From positions 6,572,001-6,636,000 of the forward strand of contig OZ361256.1 in assembly GCA_977018835.1 (NCBI GenBank): a DNA stretch of 64,000 nucleotides, read 5' to 3'. Under the pieces are notes generated by a model, which saw only the letters and a program-made list of their open reading frames with translations, was not told where the DNA came from and did no database searches. The position numbers and the translations under genes are program-made. This document shows positions 35,553 through 49,222 of the stretch, in pieces. The stretch comes from Minutocellus sp. GHC0000111. Taxonomy: Eukaryota. Each line of letters starts with the position of its first letter. The first letter of the stretch is position 1.

Positions 35553-38500
35553 CTACAAAGATGATCTCCTCTCTGCTTCCTCGGCATTATTGTTATTGTC
35601 GTGAGCAAAGGCTTTTCTCTCAGTATACCGCCGGAGCAGTGATAAGAGTTCCTCGTTTTGATTATGAACTGCAGTAGACTCCAGCTTCACATCGTAGGCA
35701 CCAGCTGTGGTGATGGGCTTGATCTTGAGGTCGCCAAGGAGCTCGGCTTCGTGCCGAGTTCCCTCGCCGATTTCCTTGCAAGCCACCATGAGGTCATAGG
35801 CAATCTCATCGGTGACGACAGAGTCACCCTTATAATCCTTGTGAGATCGTACGAAGTTACGGATCCAAGTCGCAGGGGTGACAAGCTCGCCGGTAGCTCG
35901 CTTTTCAATAAAGTCAAGGTATTCGGTGACGCGCTGCAGGGTAATAGAGTCGCAATTGATGTAATCGAGGTAGGCATACAGCAGCGGGATGAGTCCAGGG
36001 AAGTAATCTCCCTTGCCCGTCATGATTTCCTTCATTGTCATTTCTTCATAGGAGTTCTCCTCGTAGCGCCCTGGCGCAAACGGAGCCTTCTTCCTCTTAC
36101 TGCTCACGCCATTCTCGTCAATCTCGCTTTCTTCCGACAAGAACTCACGCGATGACGCCCGAGACGGCGAGGGAGATGTTTCATTGTTGTCGTCGTCGCC
36201 CTTCCCAACTCTTGAAAACATGGACGTGTACTTCACGCCATAACCATCATCGCCCTCTTCAAGCGGAGCCATGTGTCGGCGGAAGAAAGATTTGCCCTGA
36301 TGCGAAGCATTGCGGCTGTGCGCTCTCTGCATGTTGGCGTCAACTCGACTGAGCGGAATGTACAGATTCAAATCAAAGGTCAGGATGACTCTCGTCAAAA
36401 GGACGATAAATACCGTAAAGGCCGAGTTCTCAAAGTCCGTCAGTTGCATCTCCATGCTTCGGAATTCAACTCTCCATCCAATGTGAGGGTCGTTGGGATC
36501 ATTCCGAGGCGGAGGGGGCTTCCAGCGAACTGACTGCCAGTTCGTACTCTGAATGCTCTCAAAGTGTTCAGTTTGCGTTTCGTCATCAACCTCCTCTACC
36601 GCGCCTTCAAACACAACGAGGGGGTCCCTGATGAACAGGTGGGCAATGTGCTGGGACAGGGCAGGATCAATTCCAGAATCGCGAAGGAGTTTGTAACTCT
36701 CCTCATCAATCGGAACAGGCAGATCGTTATACATATTCAATACCCGGTTCTTCATTCCTCGCTTGGTCGAATTCTTCGCTGCCTCGAGCTCAGCGGCATT
36801 GTAGGCACCCTGGTAAATGTAGGTGCTAATGGAATCATATCGAGGCTTGTAGATCCTTCTGACTCCGCTTCCAGCCAAGTCCTCATCGGGCTCGAACTGA
36901 CCAGAAAGACCACGTTCCGCAGGAGTCCGATCATCGACACATTCACTAATAATGCCCCAACGGCAGTCAGTGTCAGCAATACGGCCCTTGAGTAGAGGCG
37001 TCGATGCAGTCAGGGCCATCATGATGGGTGCCATAACTGCAAGCTGATCATAAATGAATCGGCTTTCGTCGAGATCCTTGGCCTGGAATGTGATCTGGAG
37101 GCAGCAGCACCCCATTCCAAATGCCATCGCATCCATGTGAATGGCAGCCCGCACATTTTCGGTATCACTGCTTCGTGGCGTCGATAGAGATTCGGTACTA
37201 TTGCCCCTAGCTCTTCCGACGCCACCGCCGCCACAGCATACCCCAGCAGAGGCAGACTCGGATACGATTTTTTCCTCAGTGACAGCTGAAGGGCCAAGAG
37301 TCAGGGTCTTTTCCAACAGTGTTTGGAGCACAGCACCATCTACACCGGATTTACCATTTTCGGGCGCCATGCTACCACGAAACATTGGAGTGGTGGAACC
37401 AAGCCTCGCCTTCTCTTCGTTCGAAGCGTGAGTACGCTTCGATACCTTGTGCAAGAACTGGATCTCTCCGTCATCGCTCGCTATTGGTAGATAGTCACCA
37501 TTCTGCAGACGAATCCAACCTACGTTTCAGAAAACAGATCATTCAAAATTTCAGTGAGCAAAGTGCAAATTCATCATCATACATGTAATGATGAACGATG
37601 CTAGCTACGTCGTAGCACATATAGAAAGGCCAATATCGACGCACCTGGAATATTGGGAATCTCGTAGCCAGCCACAACGTCACCATTTCTGGGCCAATCC
37701 GCATCGGGAACAATCACATTCGGAGCCGAACGATAAAAGAGTCCCTTGCATCCCTCGCACTTGACATCAACAAGCCACTTCTCCAAAGTCTCGGGGCCTC
37801 CATTCAATTCATTGAACTCGGCGCAAGGGCCCTGGTCGGATGCCGAGCAGCCAACAACGACGTCAATCCCTTTCCATATCTCCAGAGCTGTTTTTGGATT
37901 TGTGGAGTCCATCAGTTTGATTTTGAGTGAGATGTAGAGCAAATCAAGACAGCACAAATACAAGCGCATGCAACGATGCCAAAAGGAAATAAAATCCAAA
38001 TATATCAAATTCGCAAGCTCACCTGCAGAGTGTCGCTACCACAGCATCCATCACTCTCCGAATGTGTATCAAATCCTTCGTACTCTGGCGTGTTGGTGTC
38101 ACGAAACAGAGGGACACGGATATTGACCTTCTCACCCCTTCTCTGGCGGATATTGGCCGACAAGGTTCCAAATCTGGGATGAGGGTTGATGATACCATCA
38201 CCAATGTAATCGCTCAAGGTAACAGCTCCTCCGACCTTGGTCGGGGGGACCGACCCATCATCTCCCATCGCACCGAGCAGAGGGAACGTCGAAAAGGTCG
38301 GGGCCACCTCATCCTCCCTCAGCTCAGTCAGCAACCTCTTCCTCCGAAGGCGCATGTTGCGTTCCACTCGGAGTAGATCGGTGGTGAAGCCAGTGTACGG
38401 CCGCTTCGGCGTGGCCTCGACCATCCAGGCACCATACTCGGGCACCCAGTTGCATCCCTCGGTTCGATGGGTGTGGGTACCCTCCTTCTCGTTGAGGTTG

Positions 38501-38934
38501 TCCATGATTTCCTTGGCACGGAGACTGAGACGGATCTTCTTGTCCTGCTCATCGAGGATGAAGACACCGCATTCAATCTCGTCTCCCCAAAGCAGCTCAT
38601 CGCCCTTCAAATCCTTGACGCGATTGTACGTCGAGATGAACTGACGGACGCCAGCCTTGCGAATGTAGGAGCCATCCTTCTTGCTTTCCTCCCACTTCTT
38701 GGGCTTTCCTACCTTTAGTAGACCCATGTTGAGTGCCCGACCTCTCTGCGTATGAGAGGGCCGATGGTTCCTCTTTTGGTGCCTTTGTGAGCTGACTACG
38801 AATCCAGCACTTTGGGTTGCAGAGAAGGGATGGTTGGAGATGGAAAAGCCGTCAACAAATATTATTAGAGACGAGAGCAGGGAGAGGAGCGTCAGTAACA
38901 AAACCAGCTCTGAGAATTTCCAGGCGCCAGCCAT
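35553..38934 (-). CDS. GCLC: Glutamate-cysteine ligase catalytic subunit (3 exons) with N-terminal targeting extension
   Basis: MGLLKVG, WGDEIE, PEYGAWMVEATP, IHMDAMAFGMGCCCLQITFQ, HFESIQSTNWQ, GWRVEFR; introns about 37913-38022 and 37519-37643. Confidence 0.96.
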
Positions 38935-39627
38935 AGATACGGAAACGATGAAATGTGCCTTGGCCCTGGTCCGTGCGGCGTGAAAGATAAGCAAGATGAG
39001 ATACAGCAGCAGCCAGCGACAGTTTGGTTCGAAAGCGTTCTTTGGTCTGCTGGGCGGGAGCAAACCGCTCGGGCAACGAAGCGATGCGTCATCGATCAGC
39101 GATTTCGCCGACGGCGTTATTCGATGGCGACGGAAAGACGAGAGGCCCGGGGCAGGGTGGCGTGGCAGGGTGGTACATATATATCGGTAGAGAGGGAGCG
39201 AGCACAGCAAAAGCAGCAAGCTATTAGACTCTACATGTACCGGTACATGTACCGTAATACATGTAACAGATAACAAGGGATCCATTGCTCCTAGCTAGTA
39301 GAGGAAATTCTAACAAGTACGACGTACGGGCATTCACACTTATTAAAATACTTTTCATTCTCTTGGTTGGCGGCATCATCGGCATCGCATCACTGTTCCA
39401 TCAGTCAAGCAAGGCGCTTCGCTTCACTTCATTTTTTACTTTCCTTCTCCTTCAGAACATCGTCCTCCTCCGATTCACGAGCCTACAGTGCACTGTATAA
39501 GGGAGCCAATTGAGCCCCTACTCATCCCTACGTTGTGTCTATGAAGGGTTACAAACACTAGCAGTAGATCTACCGGTACACCCACGATTACTCTTTGCCA
39601 GACTCTGCATAAATTTACAGTCAGAGC

Positions 39628-41259
39628 ATGCCAACCCAGCGAAAGCACAAAAGGGCGGCTCTACATGTTCCTCTGAACACCAACAACATTAGTCTTCACG
39701 AGGAGGCAATCAAGGCATTCCAGAAGGAGGAGGACGAGGCTCCTCTTACCATTCATAACCTCGAGCAATACCAACGCAGACATAAAACCAAGTCTCAGCA
39801 GTGCATTGCAGCCAACAATTGGACCATAGAGAAGCGTCGGCTAGACGACCTCGAGTCTAAAGTGACCAAGCAGCTCGACGATGCACTCCAATCATTGGAT
39901 TTGTCACCCTCCCAGCTACTTCTTTCAGAAGACGACGGCTCTTTTGCCTATGCCGGTACCGGTGCCGATGCCGGCACCTTCGATAACCCGGCTACAATCC
40001 TCGCTCGGGTTGAAAGCTTGTTATCCGAATACCATTCACAGCGTCACACTGAGCAGGGGCAGCAGCAGTCACGCCAAAGCACGGACAGAGTATTGAACCC
40101 GGCCATGGTGGCAAGCTGTCTCATACAGGCTCGAGATGGACTCGAGCGGATTGGAGAAGCGCTGGAAAGTGCCCGAAAAGCCGCTGCCGCCGCCGCTCGA
40201 AAGGCTCAATTGAAGGTTACTGCAGTACTCAGAGCAGATCTCAATGAAACAAAATTTCCACCGCAGCTTCAAGCAAAACTTGATGCGTTGAAAAAGTCAA
40301 GCTTGGGTATTCATGATGACAACACTGAGAACGGCAGCAACGACGACTCTCCCTACATATCCCTTGAAGCTACCATCATTGAGCGATTTGCCAAAGTACA
40401 GGGCAAATACAATGAACAAATATCCAATGGAAGAAATCTCGATGAAGCTACTGTTGCTTTCAAGAGGTCGATGCAGCAAGCGACTAGGTGGGCAATGAAG
40501 CAGGTCGAGGATGCCATTGCCCGTGAGTCCAGTAGACGGGAGCAGGCTACCCTCGCATTCATCAGGAAAGAGTTGAAAGACGAATGCAATCGCCGTCTCG
40601 CTCAATTGCGGGAAGCCAGGGAGAAGGCGGCTCTCATTATCATGAGAGAAGAGGAAGAGAGGCGATCGGTAGAGGAGAAGAAGGAATTGGAACATGAAGA
40701 CCAGCTAAGGAGGCAACGAGCTGAGACCAATGCTGCTTTGCAAAAGTGGAAGGAGACTCGGCACCAAGAAATGGAGCGGCAGCGCGTAGAGGATTGCGCC
40801 AGGAAATATCAGGAAGAGCTATCTCGGGTTGAGAGGATGAAGGAGAATGGGACGAGAGTTTCCTACCGAGAAAAAAAACTCTTGCACAAAATGGACAAAA
40901 AGCGCAAGGCTCTAGAAGAAGCCGCCAGAGCAGAGGAGCTCAAATACGAGCGGCTGAGTCAACTTGCAGCGACGGTACCATACTTTGACAAAATTATGGA
41001 TGTACAGGCGAATATTCACGGCACGACTGTGGCAAGAAAGAATGCTGCATACCACGAAGATTCCACAGGGCTGACGGCATTTCAGCATGGCTTATCCAAG
41101 CTCCACTCATTTAGTAATGAGAAAATTTTTTCAGATCGAGCCTTTCGTTTAGGACACGCCCTGCATGAGAAGGGTATCTCTCACACTGTAGCTGCAAGAG
41201 ACGCCATGGCTCTATGCTGTCCACGCGAGAGGAATCCCATCTGTGATCATTCGACGTAA
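39628..41259 (+). CDS. Coiled-coil protein, CCDC148-like
   Basis: Long coiled coil; C-terminal SFSNEKIFSDRAFRLGHALHEKGISHT resembles the CCDC148 tail. Confidence 0.7.
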   Translation: MPTQRKHKRAALHVPLNTNNISLHEEAIKAFQKEEDEAPLTIHNLEQYQRRHKTKSQQCIAANNWTIEKRRLDDLESKVTKQLDDALQSLDLSPSQLLLSEDDGSFAYAGTGADAGTFDNPATILARVESLLSEYHSQRHTEQGQQQSRQSTDRVLNPAMVASCLIQARDGLERIGEALESARKAAAAAARKAQLKVTAVLRADLNETKFPPQLQAKLDALKKSSLGIHDDNTENGSNDDSPYISLEATIIERFAKVQGKYNEQISNGRNLDEATVAFKRSMQQATRWAMKQVEDAIARESSRREQATLAFIRKELKDECNRRLAQLREAREKAALIIMREEEERRSVEEKKELEHEDQLRRQRAETNAALQKWKETRHQEMERQRVEDCARKYQEELSRVERMKENGTRVSYREKKLLHKMDKKRKALEEAARAEELKYERLSQLAATVPYFDKIMDVQANIHGTTVARKNAAYHEDSTGLTAFQHGLSKLHSFSNEKIFSDRAFRLGHALHEKGISHTVAARDAMALCCPRERNPICDHST

Positions 41260-41350
41260 AAGTAGGCAATCTATGCAGCTTCGGTCGACGCGTCGCAACT
41301 GAAGTTGTGTTTGTTACAGTAGCACATAATGGGCGTGCACTCTTTTCTCA

Positions 41351-44300
41351 TTATTTGTCAATCGACACTTCTCCTTTGAGTGCTTGTTCCCAAATGGTGC
41401 CGTCACTTGCTTTTGGTCGGATAGATTTATCCGACGTCATTCCTTCCCGACCTCGACGGATTCGTAGGAGCTGAATTCTCTCCTTTTCTTGGACAGCTGA
41501 CAATGTCAAACTTGATCTCAAGGCCGGTATCACAACGGAGGGAGCTTTATCGCATTTGTTCCACAGCGACAATGCGGCGAGAGTGTCTGACGGCATGGCC
41601 GTTTCCACGAGGATGGCAAGAAGTAGCATTTCCTTCTCTGATGTGGGCTCCTCCGGTCCGTCACTACACAATTCTAGCATCTTGACGAATTCATCAGGTA
41701 CAGAAATAGCACTTTGCCAATCAGGAGACCGTGAAGTTGATATAGAGTTCAACAATCGGATGAGGGCCTGCACGAGATTCCTTTCTGAATAGCGTTCCGA
41801 TGGATTCAAATGGGTCATCTCTGAGGCAAGAATGTCTCGGATGTGGGTGACGACCTTGGCAATGACGATAGAATCTCTATTGTATGTGTTGGTCGAAATT
41901 ATCTCTCCGGCTAGCTGAATGGCAAGTTTGTAGTCTTTGATTTGCATACTCAAGTCCATCAACATTGGAAGATTTCTGAAGGAATGAGTACCGTTATCTA
42001 CTCTTGACGAGGCCTGCGAAGCCACGGAGCGAAAGTTGTTGAGAAAGGATTCAGATTCCATCGCACTTGCCCCTGGTGTACTGTTTTCCATGGATTCCTG
42101 GTACAACTCAATCGATAGTTTGCACCATTCCTGCGGTTCGTTGAATTGAAAGATGGAAATTATCGACAAAATTGCAAGTAAGAAGAGACAAAAGAATGGG
42201 TGAGTGGGCTAGGCAAGAAACATGGAAGGCCTGCGTCCTATCCTTTCCTTTCCATCTATCGACGGACCACAGATATTATCAAATAACTTACCTCAACGAG
42301 GCGCCCATCACCTCTAGCGGAGTCCGACCCTTCGTCAGCGTCAAGCAACAAGGAGAGATATCTGTAGTAGCCGGTTCGGCGCTGATGAAGATCTGTATCC
42401 GTCGGCGGTGAAGTACTACCAGATCTAGTAGCGCCGAGGAGAGCGCCACGAACCACTTTAGGCTTGAGATCTGGATAAGCAGACACCAGCAAGGGCACTA
42501 TTCGAAGGAGCTCCTCATTCGCATTTTCGCCATTGTTGATTTGTTTCAGTCGAACGAGAATCGCAGAGAGCATCGCCTGGTGTGGTGAAAGTGAATAGAA
42601 AATGCAATGAGATGTGATTATTTCGTTGAACTCGACACGATACTAATAGGGCTAAATTCCAAGAGGCTTAACCCTGCAAACACTTACGGACTCATACAAG
42701 AAGAAAGTCGTCTGTTTGTTGGTCAATCGCTTCAGGCAATCTCGGTGGCGTAAATCGAATCTTGCCATATCGAGTAGGGCGCGGAGAATTGGCCCAGACC
42801 CTGCGTCGGACGCCCGGACAATGCAAGTGTGAAGCTTGAGATAAGCTCCGTATGCTATGATAAAATCGACGACTTTTTCTTCTTCGTCAGTGGCAGTAGT
42901 AGTGCCAGTACCTTTTGATGTTTCGGTCCATGAGTCTATCGAAGACTCTTTTCCTTCTGCATTCGTAGCTATCGCAGTTGAAGCCAAGAGATATCGGATG
43001 AAGTAAAATGTTACGAGGTAACACCTAAGATGGAGAAGCGAATTAAAGGAAAATTGAGGAGGCGTTGAAAAGGTGCAAGTCAGCAAAGAAGATAGTGCCA
43101 GATGAAAGAGAGAATCCAATCTGCACATAAAATAGACAGCTGCCTACTCACGTTTCGGCTCGAACTTCGAGATCGAGCTCCAAGTCTTCAATCTGCTCCT
43201 CGAGATGCTTTCGTTGGCCCGGCGTCCCCCATCCAGTGCTGGTGCTGGCAACGGAGAAGGTCATGTCACCGTCGGTCAATCTCGAATCGACATCGGACCC
43301 AGCACTCGAAGTTAGAGGCCAAAGGATTCGTCTTTGCTGCCAAGGTAAAGGACGAAATGTTTTGAGCAAAGCTGGTAGAGCTTCGTTGAGAACAAATTGG
43401 GTTGCCATTCGATGGTCCTGGAGCAGACGTCCTGACATCACCACGCGACGGCTAATATCATCGAATGTCATGGCAATTCCAGTAGTTAGATCGAATAGGG
43501 TGGTTGCAATATCTTTTGGGGGGAGGGCCAATGGTCGTCGTCGTGTCTTTTGAATCAAAGTGGCAGCCTTGTCTCCCCAGAATAAGTTTTGGAGCTGTGA
43601 CTCAATGCCATTCTGCTTGTCTGCCTGGGTATTGTCGTCGCTGGTATCTTCTGGCTCATCACCACCTTCTCCTATTGCGATGGCATCTTGTAATTTGGTC
43701 ATCAATTCCTTTCTCCACATTTCATCTCTAGCGGCGAGACGCATAAGCGATTGACTACCTTGACCGCGGAAATCTGAATCATTTACATCGCGTCCTGCTC
43801 CGACAGAGCCCATCATATCGGAGGATGAGTTGACGTCCGTATCAGCCTCCACCACAGACGAGTCATCATTGGACATTTCTTCGTCAAGAGCATCCAGCTT
43901 GCGTTGCTTCTGCACACCAGCAGCCAAGTCTGCTTCCATCGCACCGTTGACGAGAGAGTCAGCGCCGATTACTGCCTTTCGCCCCAATTCCATCATTTCT
44001 CCGTATGTCAACAATGGCTGCCCAACTGTAGACTTCTCCGCGATGTCAAATGCAGCAGATCCTCGAAGTAGGGCAGAACCTCTCCTATTGAGCTCAAAGA
44101 AGAGGGATATTGATCGAGCTCTTTCATCTTTTCTTTCTTGGGCTATCTGATAAGCAATCTGCCTGCTGAGCCTCGCCGCCGACGTCGTTGATAGGCCTAG
44201 CATTTTGACAGCTATCGCAGACGATTGAAGAGCCATGGCAGCTTCATCACCAGATATAGAGGAAGGGATGGTCGGTGTTGTCACATCTACGGTGGATGCG

Positions 44301-45982
44301 ATGGTATCAGAAGAGATGGATTCACCACTTCCAACGACCTCTTCTTCGACTGGAGCCTCCGCGACCGTCGCCTGCTTGTGATAATCATCACCAAACATGG
44401 GCAGCCCGCTGAGTTGATCCACCATAAGAAATTGAGTCAATCCAAGGACGTCCGCTGCAATATCTTCTGCAGCAAGGGCGGCTGCCTGCTGCTGCCATTC
44501 TTTTTGTCGTTCTCTCGAATTCTCATCTACGGTGCTGCTGGTTGTAGAATCGGCAGCGGGTGCAGATGGAGCTGGTCGTCTCCGTCCTCTCGGTCGGTTC
44601 AGAAAAGGCAGTCCCTCGCCCATTGAGAAGCGCAATCGAAGCGTCCGCCGATAGTACGGGACACCTGGTGGGATGGTAACAGAGGATTTGTCTATGCCAT
44701 TACCACCACTGCCGACGGGAGGTACGAACGAATCAGACTCGGCCTCACTCAATGGCTTGAGAGCTTCGACGAGGCGATCCAACGGCAGATGGACCAGCGA
44801 TCGGCCATCAATGGCCACCAACACATCACCTCTCCGAACCAAACCCGTGAGCTGCGCAGGACTTGCCCTCCCATCGGCCAAACTGTTGAGACCCTGGACT
44901 ATCACATGACCACCCAATATGGTTAGCTTGAGGCCCAAGCTAGTATCCCCCGCCAGATCGTCGTCGTGCTCCTCCTCGACGGCTTCATTGTCGTCTTCCG
45001 ATTCCACTTGCTTTGTACCATCAACAGTATTGACATTACCAACATCATCGACATCAGGGGCACTTTCTTTCAATTCCTCATTTTCCGAGACCATAGTAAT
45101 CGTAGGCTTCTTTGTTGATTGTATCTGCTCTTGACTCTGATTGCCATTACTACTAGTGGTATGATAATCGATCCCCCTCAGACTGGGCATCCCAGGCAGC
45201 TTCCGTCTCCGAGCCTCGTCGATCGTTGGCCGTAGATGTGCTGCAGCAGCAGTGGGACTTTGCTCAATTGATTCAGTAGTGGACTCAGTAGCATTGATCT
45301 CACGATTGCCTCTTGGCCAACCATATTGATGATCTGTCCCCATCACAGTCCTCCTCTTTCCATCTTCCACATCCCTTTCCTTCTGCTGCTGTTGCTGAAC
45401 TTGCTGTGCCAACTCCTCCACCCTCTTTTGCACGTCCTCCTCGCGAATAATGGCCCTCCGACGGATGATCACCTCATACTGATTGTGCGGCAGATGGATC
45501 GGTGGCGTCGGTCGGGGTTCAGCCGTCGCACTGAGCTGTTGGCTGTGTTGCGATGCAGAAGCACTGATGCCAATTCTGGCGTTCGCCGTCGCGATAGCAT
45601 CCACCGCATCATCCTGACGCGTGGCGTCGGGATGGATGGAAGCGCAACGGATGATACGGCCAGATTTGTGCCTGGAGACGCTGCTGGCGGTACTGCCTCG
45701 CTTCACCTGTCGACGCCGCCTATTCTTCCCGATTTTGCGGTGGGGTTTCTCGTCAATATGATTATTAGTATTGCCGACTCCGTCTTCAGTAGCACATCCT
45801 TCTTTGCGTTTGCTGCTCTGGTCACGCCCGTCACTCTTTCCACTGCCATTGTTGGCACGTCGATTGGATTTCAATGGGGTAGGTGGGCCTGTAGTCTCAT
45901 CACCATTAGCAGGGGAGGCAGCGGCAGCGGTAGCGGCATCGTCAGGCGCATCGGTTCTGCTTGGAGTTGTGGTGTCTGGCAT
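41351..45982 (-). CDS. Large PDZ-domain protein (about 4 exons)
   Basis: SLGLKLTI...VIVQGL...SPAQLTGLVRRGDVLVAIDG is a PDZ domain; downstream ORFs 42652-43128, 42256-42573 and 41351-42169 with GT/AG boundaries. Confidence 0.8.
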
Positions 45983-46378
45983 GATATTATTTATTGCCGG
46001 TTTCACTGCTCTTCAGCTTCGAAGCCGCAGGCCGACCTCGACCAGCGACCGGCGGACGACGAAGAGCAAAGATACGCACGTGTACACACAGCTAAATCCA
46101 ACTCTGCTATGCTCCACCGAGCGGTATGTATCCACTACCTAGAGTAGGTACTCGTATGCATGCGATGGGCAGATACGAGGTGCACTTCGTAGGCAGCTCT
46201 CTTGTGCCATTGGTACCATGGTCCAGCTTAGATCTACCCTAAATTCGTCCCGGAAAAATGGAATAAATATGTCAGTCCGTTGGAAACTGTTTCTTCATGT
46301 TTTTGGCCGTTCGTTCGTTCAGTTTCCAGCACAAGACGTGCTGATACGCCAGATACCCTGCCTGAACCAATACCCACC

Positions 46379-48464
46379 ATGGCGGACGCCTTCGAACCTC
46401 CCGCCGTCACGTCGTGCGCGGGATGCCAAAGGTCCGATGTGGAGCTCCTCATCCCCGGCGACGGGGTGGAACCACCGGCCGGCATGACCAAGGAGGAGAT
46501 GGCCAACAAACGGTGAGTTTGGTTTTGTTGTTGTTGGTCCCAAGGAGGAACTTGGTCTGAATGAATCTCGATAGTACACCGTAGTTCAAGTTTGAGAGAC
46601 TTGTTTGATGTCATTTTTGGGCTCAATGAATATTGGTGCTTGATCGATTTGCTGTATCTTATTACCCACACGTATTGCCCTCGAGTACTTGCATCCTCAT
46701 CGTGCATCTTTGTAATCCATCGTTTCCCATCGTGGTACTGGCCCGACCCACTCGCAACAACCACAATACTACTCGCAATCACAAAAAAGATTCTGCCCCA
46801 ACTGTATGATCGGGAAGCGCGTTCGCGTCTTCTGGCCAGTGGATCAGCAGTGGTACATGGGCATAGTCCAGCAGTACAACCAGACCACCGGCGAGCATCA
46901 GCTTTCCTACCCCGATGGAGATACCGAGTGGGTCAAGATTGGCGAGAACGATGCCAATCAGCCGCCACAGCCGCAGCCACCGCAGGAGCGGCAGCAGGAG
47001 GGAGCTCAAGGGCAGCAGCGGCCGCCGCCGTCGGGTGCTGTGAGTGCCAGCGACGGTGCAGGTGGAGCCGGGGCAGCCCCCATTGGTACCGTTAGGAGCG
47101 AACATTCGGCTCGGACCGCGGCGGAGATGGAGAGTGCGGCCGCTGTCGCGGCCTCCGCCCTGCTCAGTGCGGCTGCTTCGGCGGATAGCGCAACTGCCAA
47201 TGGTGGTGCCCCCAGCACTGCCACTGCCACCGCCCCTGGTGGAACGGTACCGGTAGTAGTTCACCCCCCACCGTCTCACCCAGGGCAACCTGCCGGGCCG
47301 GGAGGTGCAGTACCGGTACCTCCACCAGGACCCGTACCCGGCGGAGTGGTGCCTGGTCCTTCTGCCTGGGCAGTAGGGCAACCACATGCAGCAGCAGCTG
47401 TTGGAGGAATGCCCCTGCCTCCTGCTGGCTATCAGTATCCCTACCACCCATCCTATCCTGGATATGCCCACCTTGCTGCTGCGTACGGTCCGCCGGGTGC
47501 GCCTCCACCACCTGGAGTACCAGTGGCGACGGTACCAGGAGCACCACCACCACCATCAGGAGCTCCTCCTCCGGCCCCGCCGGCGGTTCCTGGTAAACCA
47601 ACCGCTCGTGGGCATCCGACAGTGGTCCCACCGCATCACTACGCTCGAGTCCCCGGCACAGCACCTGGATATCTTCCCCTCCAACCCCAACCAACGGAGC
47701 ATGTTGGCAAACGCAAGGCGGGGCCCAAGTCTTGGTCGAAGGAGGAGGATACCATCCTACTGAATCTGGTGAAGCAGATGCGCATGCCGATGAAGTGGAG
47801 CGTCGTGGCCCAGTCGCTGCCCGGCAGGACCGGCAAGCAGTGCCGCGAGCGGTACGTCAATCACCTCAACCCCCGCCTCAAGTCATCGGAGTGGACTCCG
47901 GTGGAGGATGCCACCATCTTTCGCCTGTACGATACCACCGGTAGTCAGTGGGCCAAGATGGCCAAGATGATCCCTGGTCGTACCGACAATGGAATCAAGA
48001 ACAGATTCCACAATCTCCGGAGGCAGCTGGAACGGGAGGATGAACAACGCCTTCGTCTGTCGAAGCCAGAGGACTACCCCGGCGAGATCTATCTCAGCAA
48101 AATCAATAAGGACATTCCTCGGCACTTGCTTGGAAAGAGTGCCGATCTCTGGGCATCGACAACTCCTGGTACGATGGCCGTCATTGCAGCCCTATCGGTG
48201 CTGGGAGGGACTGGGCATCGCAGCATGAACGCACCGAAATTTGGACCCTTCCGTCCACCCGCGGAGGGAGGGGAGCAGTGCACGAGATGCGGACTGTTTG
48301 CGCCCAGTGCTCAAACTGGCGACGATATCTGCTCCCAAACCCGCTGGTGCAGGGCCTGCACTCGAGTTCCACCACATTTGGGAGGCGATCTGCTGCGGGA
48401 GTGCCTCAAGCTTCGCAAGTGCCAGGATTCAGAGAAGCTGAAGGTGATTGATAGCATGAAGTAG
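46379..48464 (+). CDS. R2R3-Myb transcription factor with N-terminal Cys4 and Tudor-like domain (2 exons)
   Basis: Intron 46513-46790 joins CAGC...CPNC; IGKRVRVFWPVDQQWYMG...YPDGDTEW Tudor-like; WSKEED...GRTGKQCRERY...WTPVED...GRTDNGIKNRF Myb repeats. Confidence 0.93.
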
Positions 48465-48500
48465 GACCGAGAGTACCGTACGGTGCTGTGAATATATATA

Positions 48501-49222
48501 TGTTAGTCCCAAAATGCGCACTGTCCCAGTTCGCGAACTGGGATCCCAGTTTGGAAACTGGGATCATAGGCACAATCTCAGTTTGCAAACTGGGATCAAT
48601 CGAGAAATAATGAATATTTAGCATGGATGATATCGCCTTTGCTTCTCCTCGCTTCATTTTTTCATAGTGAAGCAACACAGCCCAAACCTGGTCCAGACGT
48701 CCAGACGACATTAGTGCCGGAGCTGATACTCAATAAATTGGCATTAGCTGATACTAAATACATATAGTGAATAAATAATAATATCTAGCTAGCTGCTTCT
48801 GGCAAATATAAGTCATGAACTGTACATGCATCTGTGCTATGCCGGCATCATGTTGCTACTGTACCAGTACATGTAGCTTGCAAATTCAAGATATGATGCA
48901 CAGTGCAACTTGTATTGTAGATAGATCTACCAGTACATAATCATTGTGCATGAGCCAACACCGGCAGTTACCATTCTGACACTTGCCGAGAATGCCAGTT
49001 TCCAAACTGGTATTCATTTTTGTTCCAGTTCGCGAACTCGTCTGGTTCCCAAATTCGGATTGGCGTGTTTATCTCAGTTTCCATTCTGGTAGTATCAGTG
49101 CGCAAACTGAGATCCTAGTTTGGGAACTGGGGCCCAGTGCGCAAACTGGGATAAATGAATCTCAGTTCGCAAACTGGGATCCCAGTTCGCGAACTGGGAC
49201 AGTGCGCATTTTGGGACTAACA
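48501..49222. mobile_element. Non-autonomous TIR element in a (TA)n tract
   Basis: About 53 bp perfect TIR TGTTAGTCCCAAAATGCGCACTGTCCCAGTTCGCGAACTGGGATCCCAGTTTG; repeated subterminal palindromes; (TA)n flanks. Confidence 0.93.
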
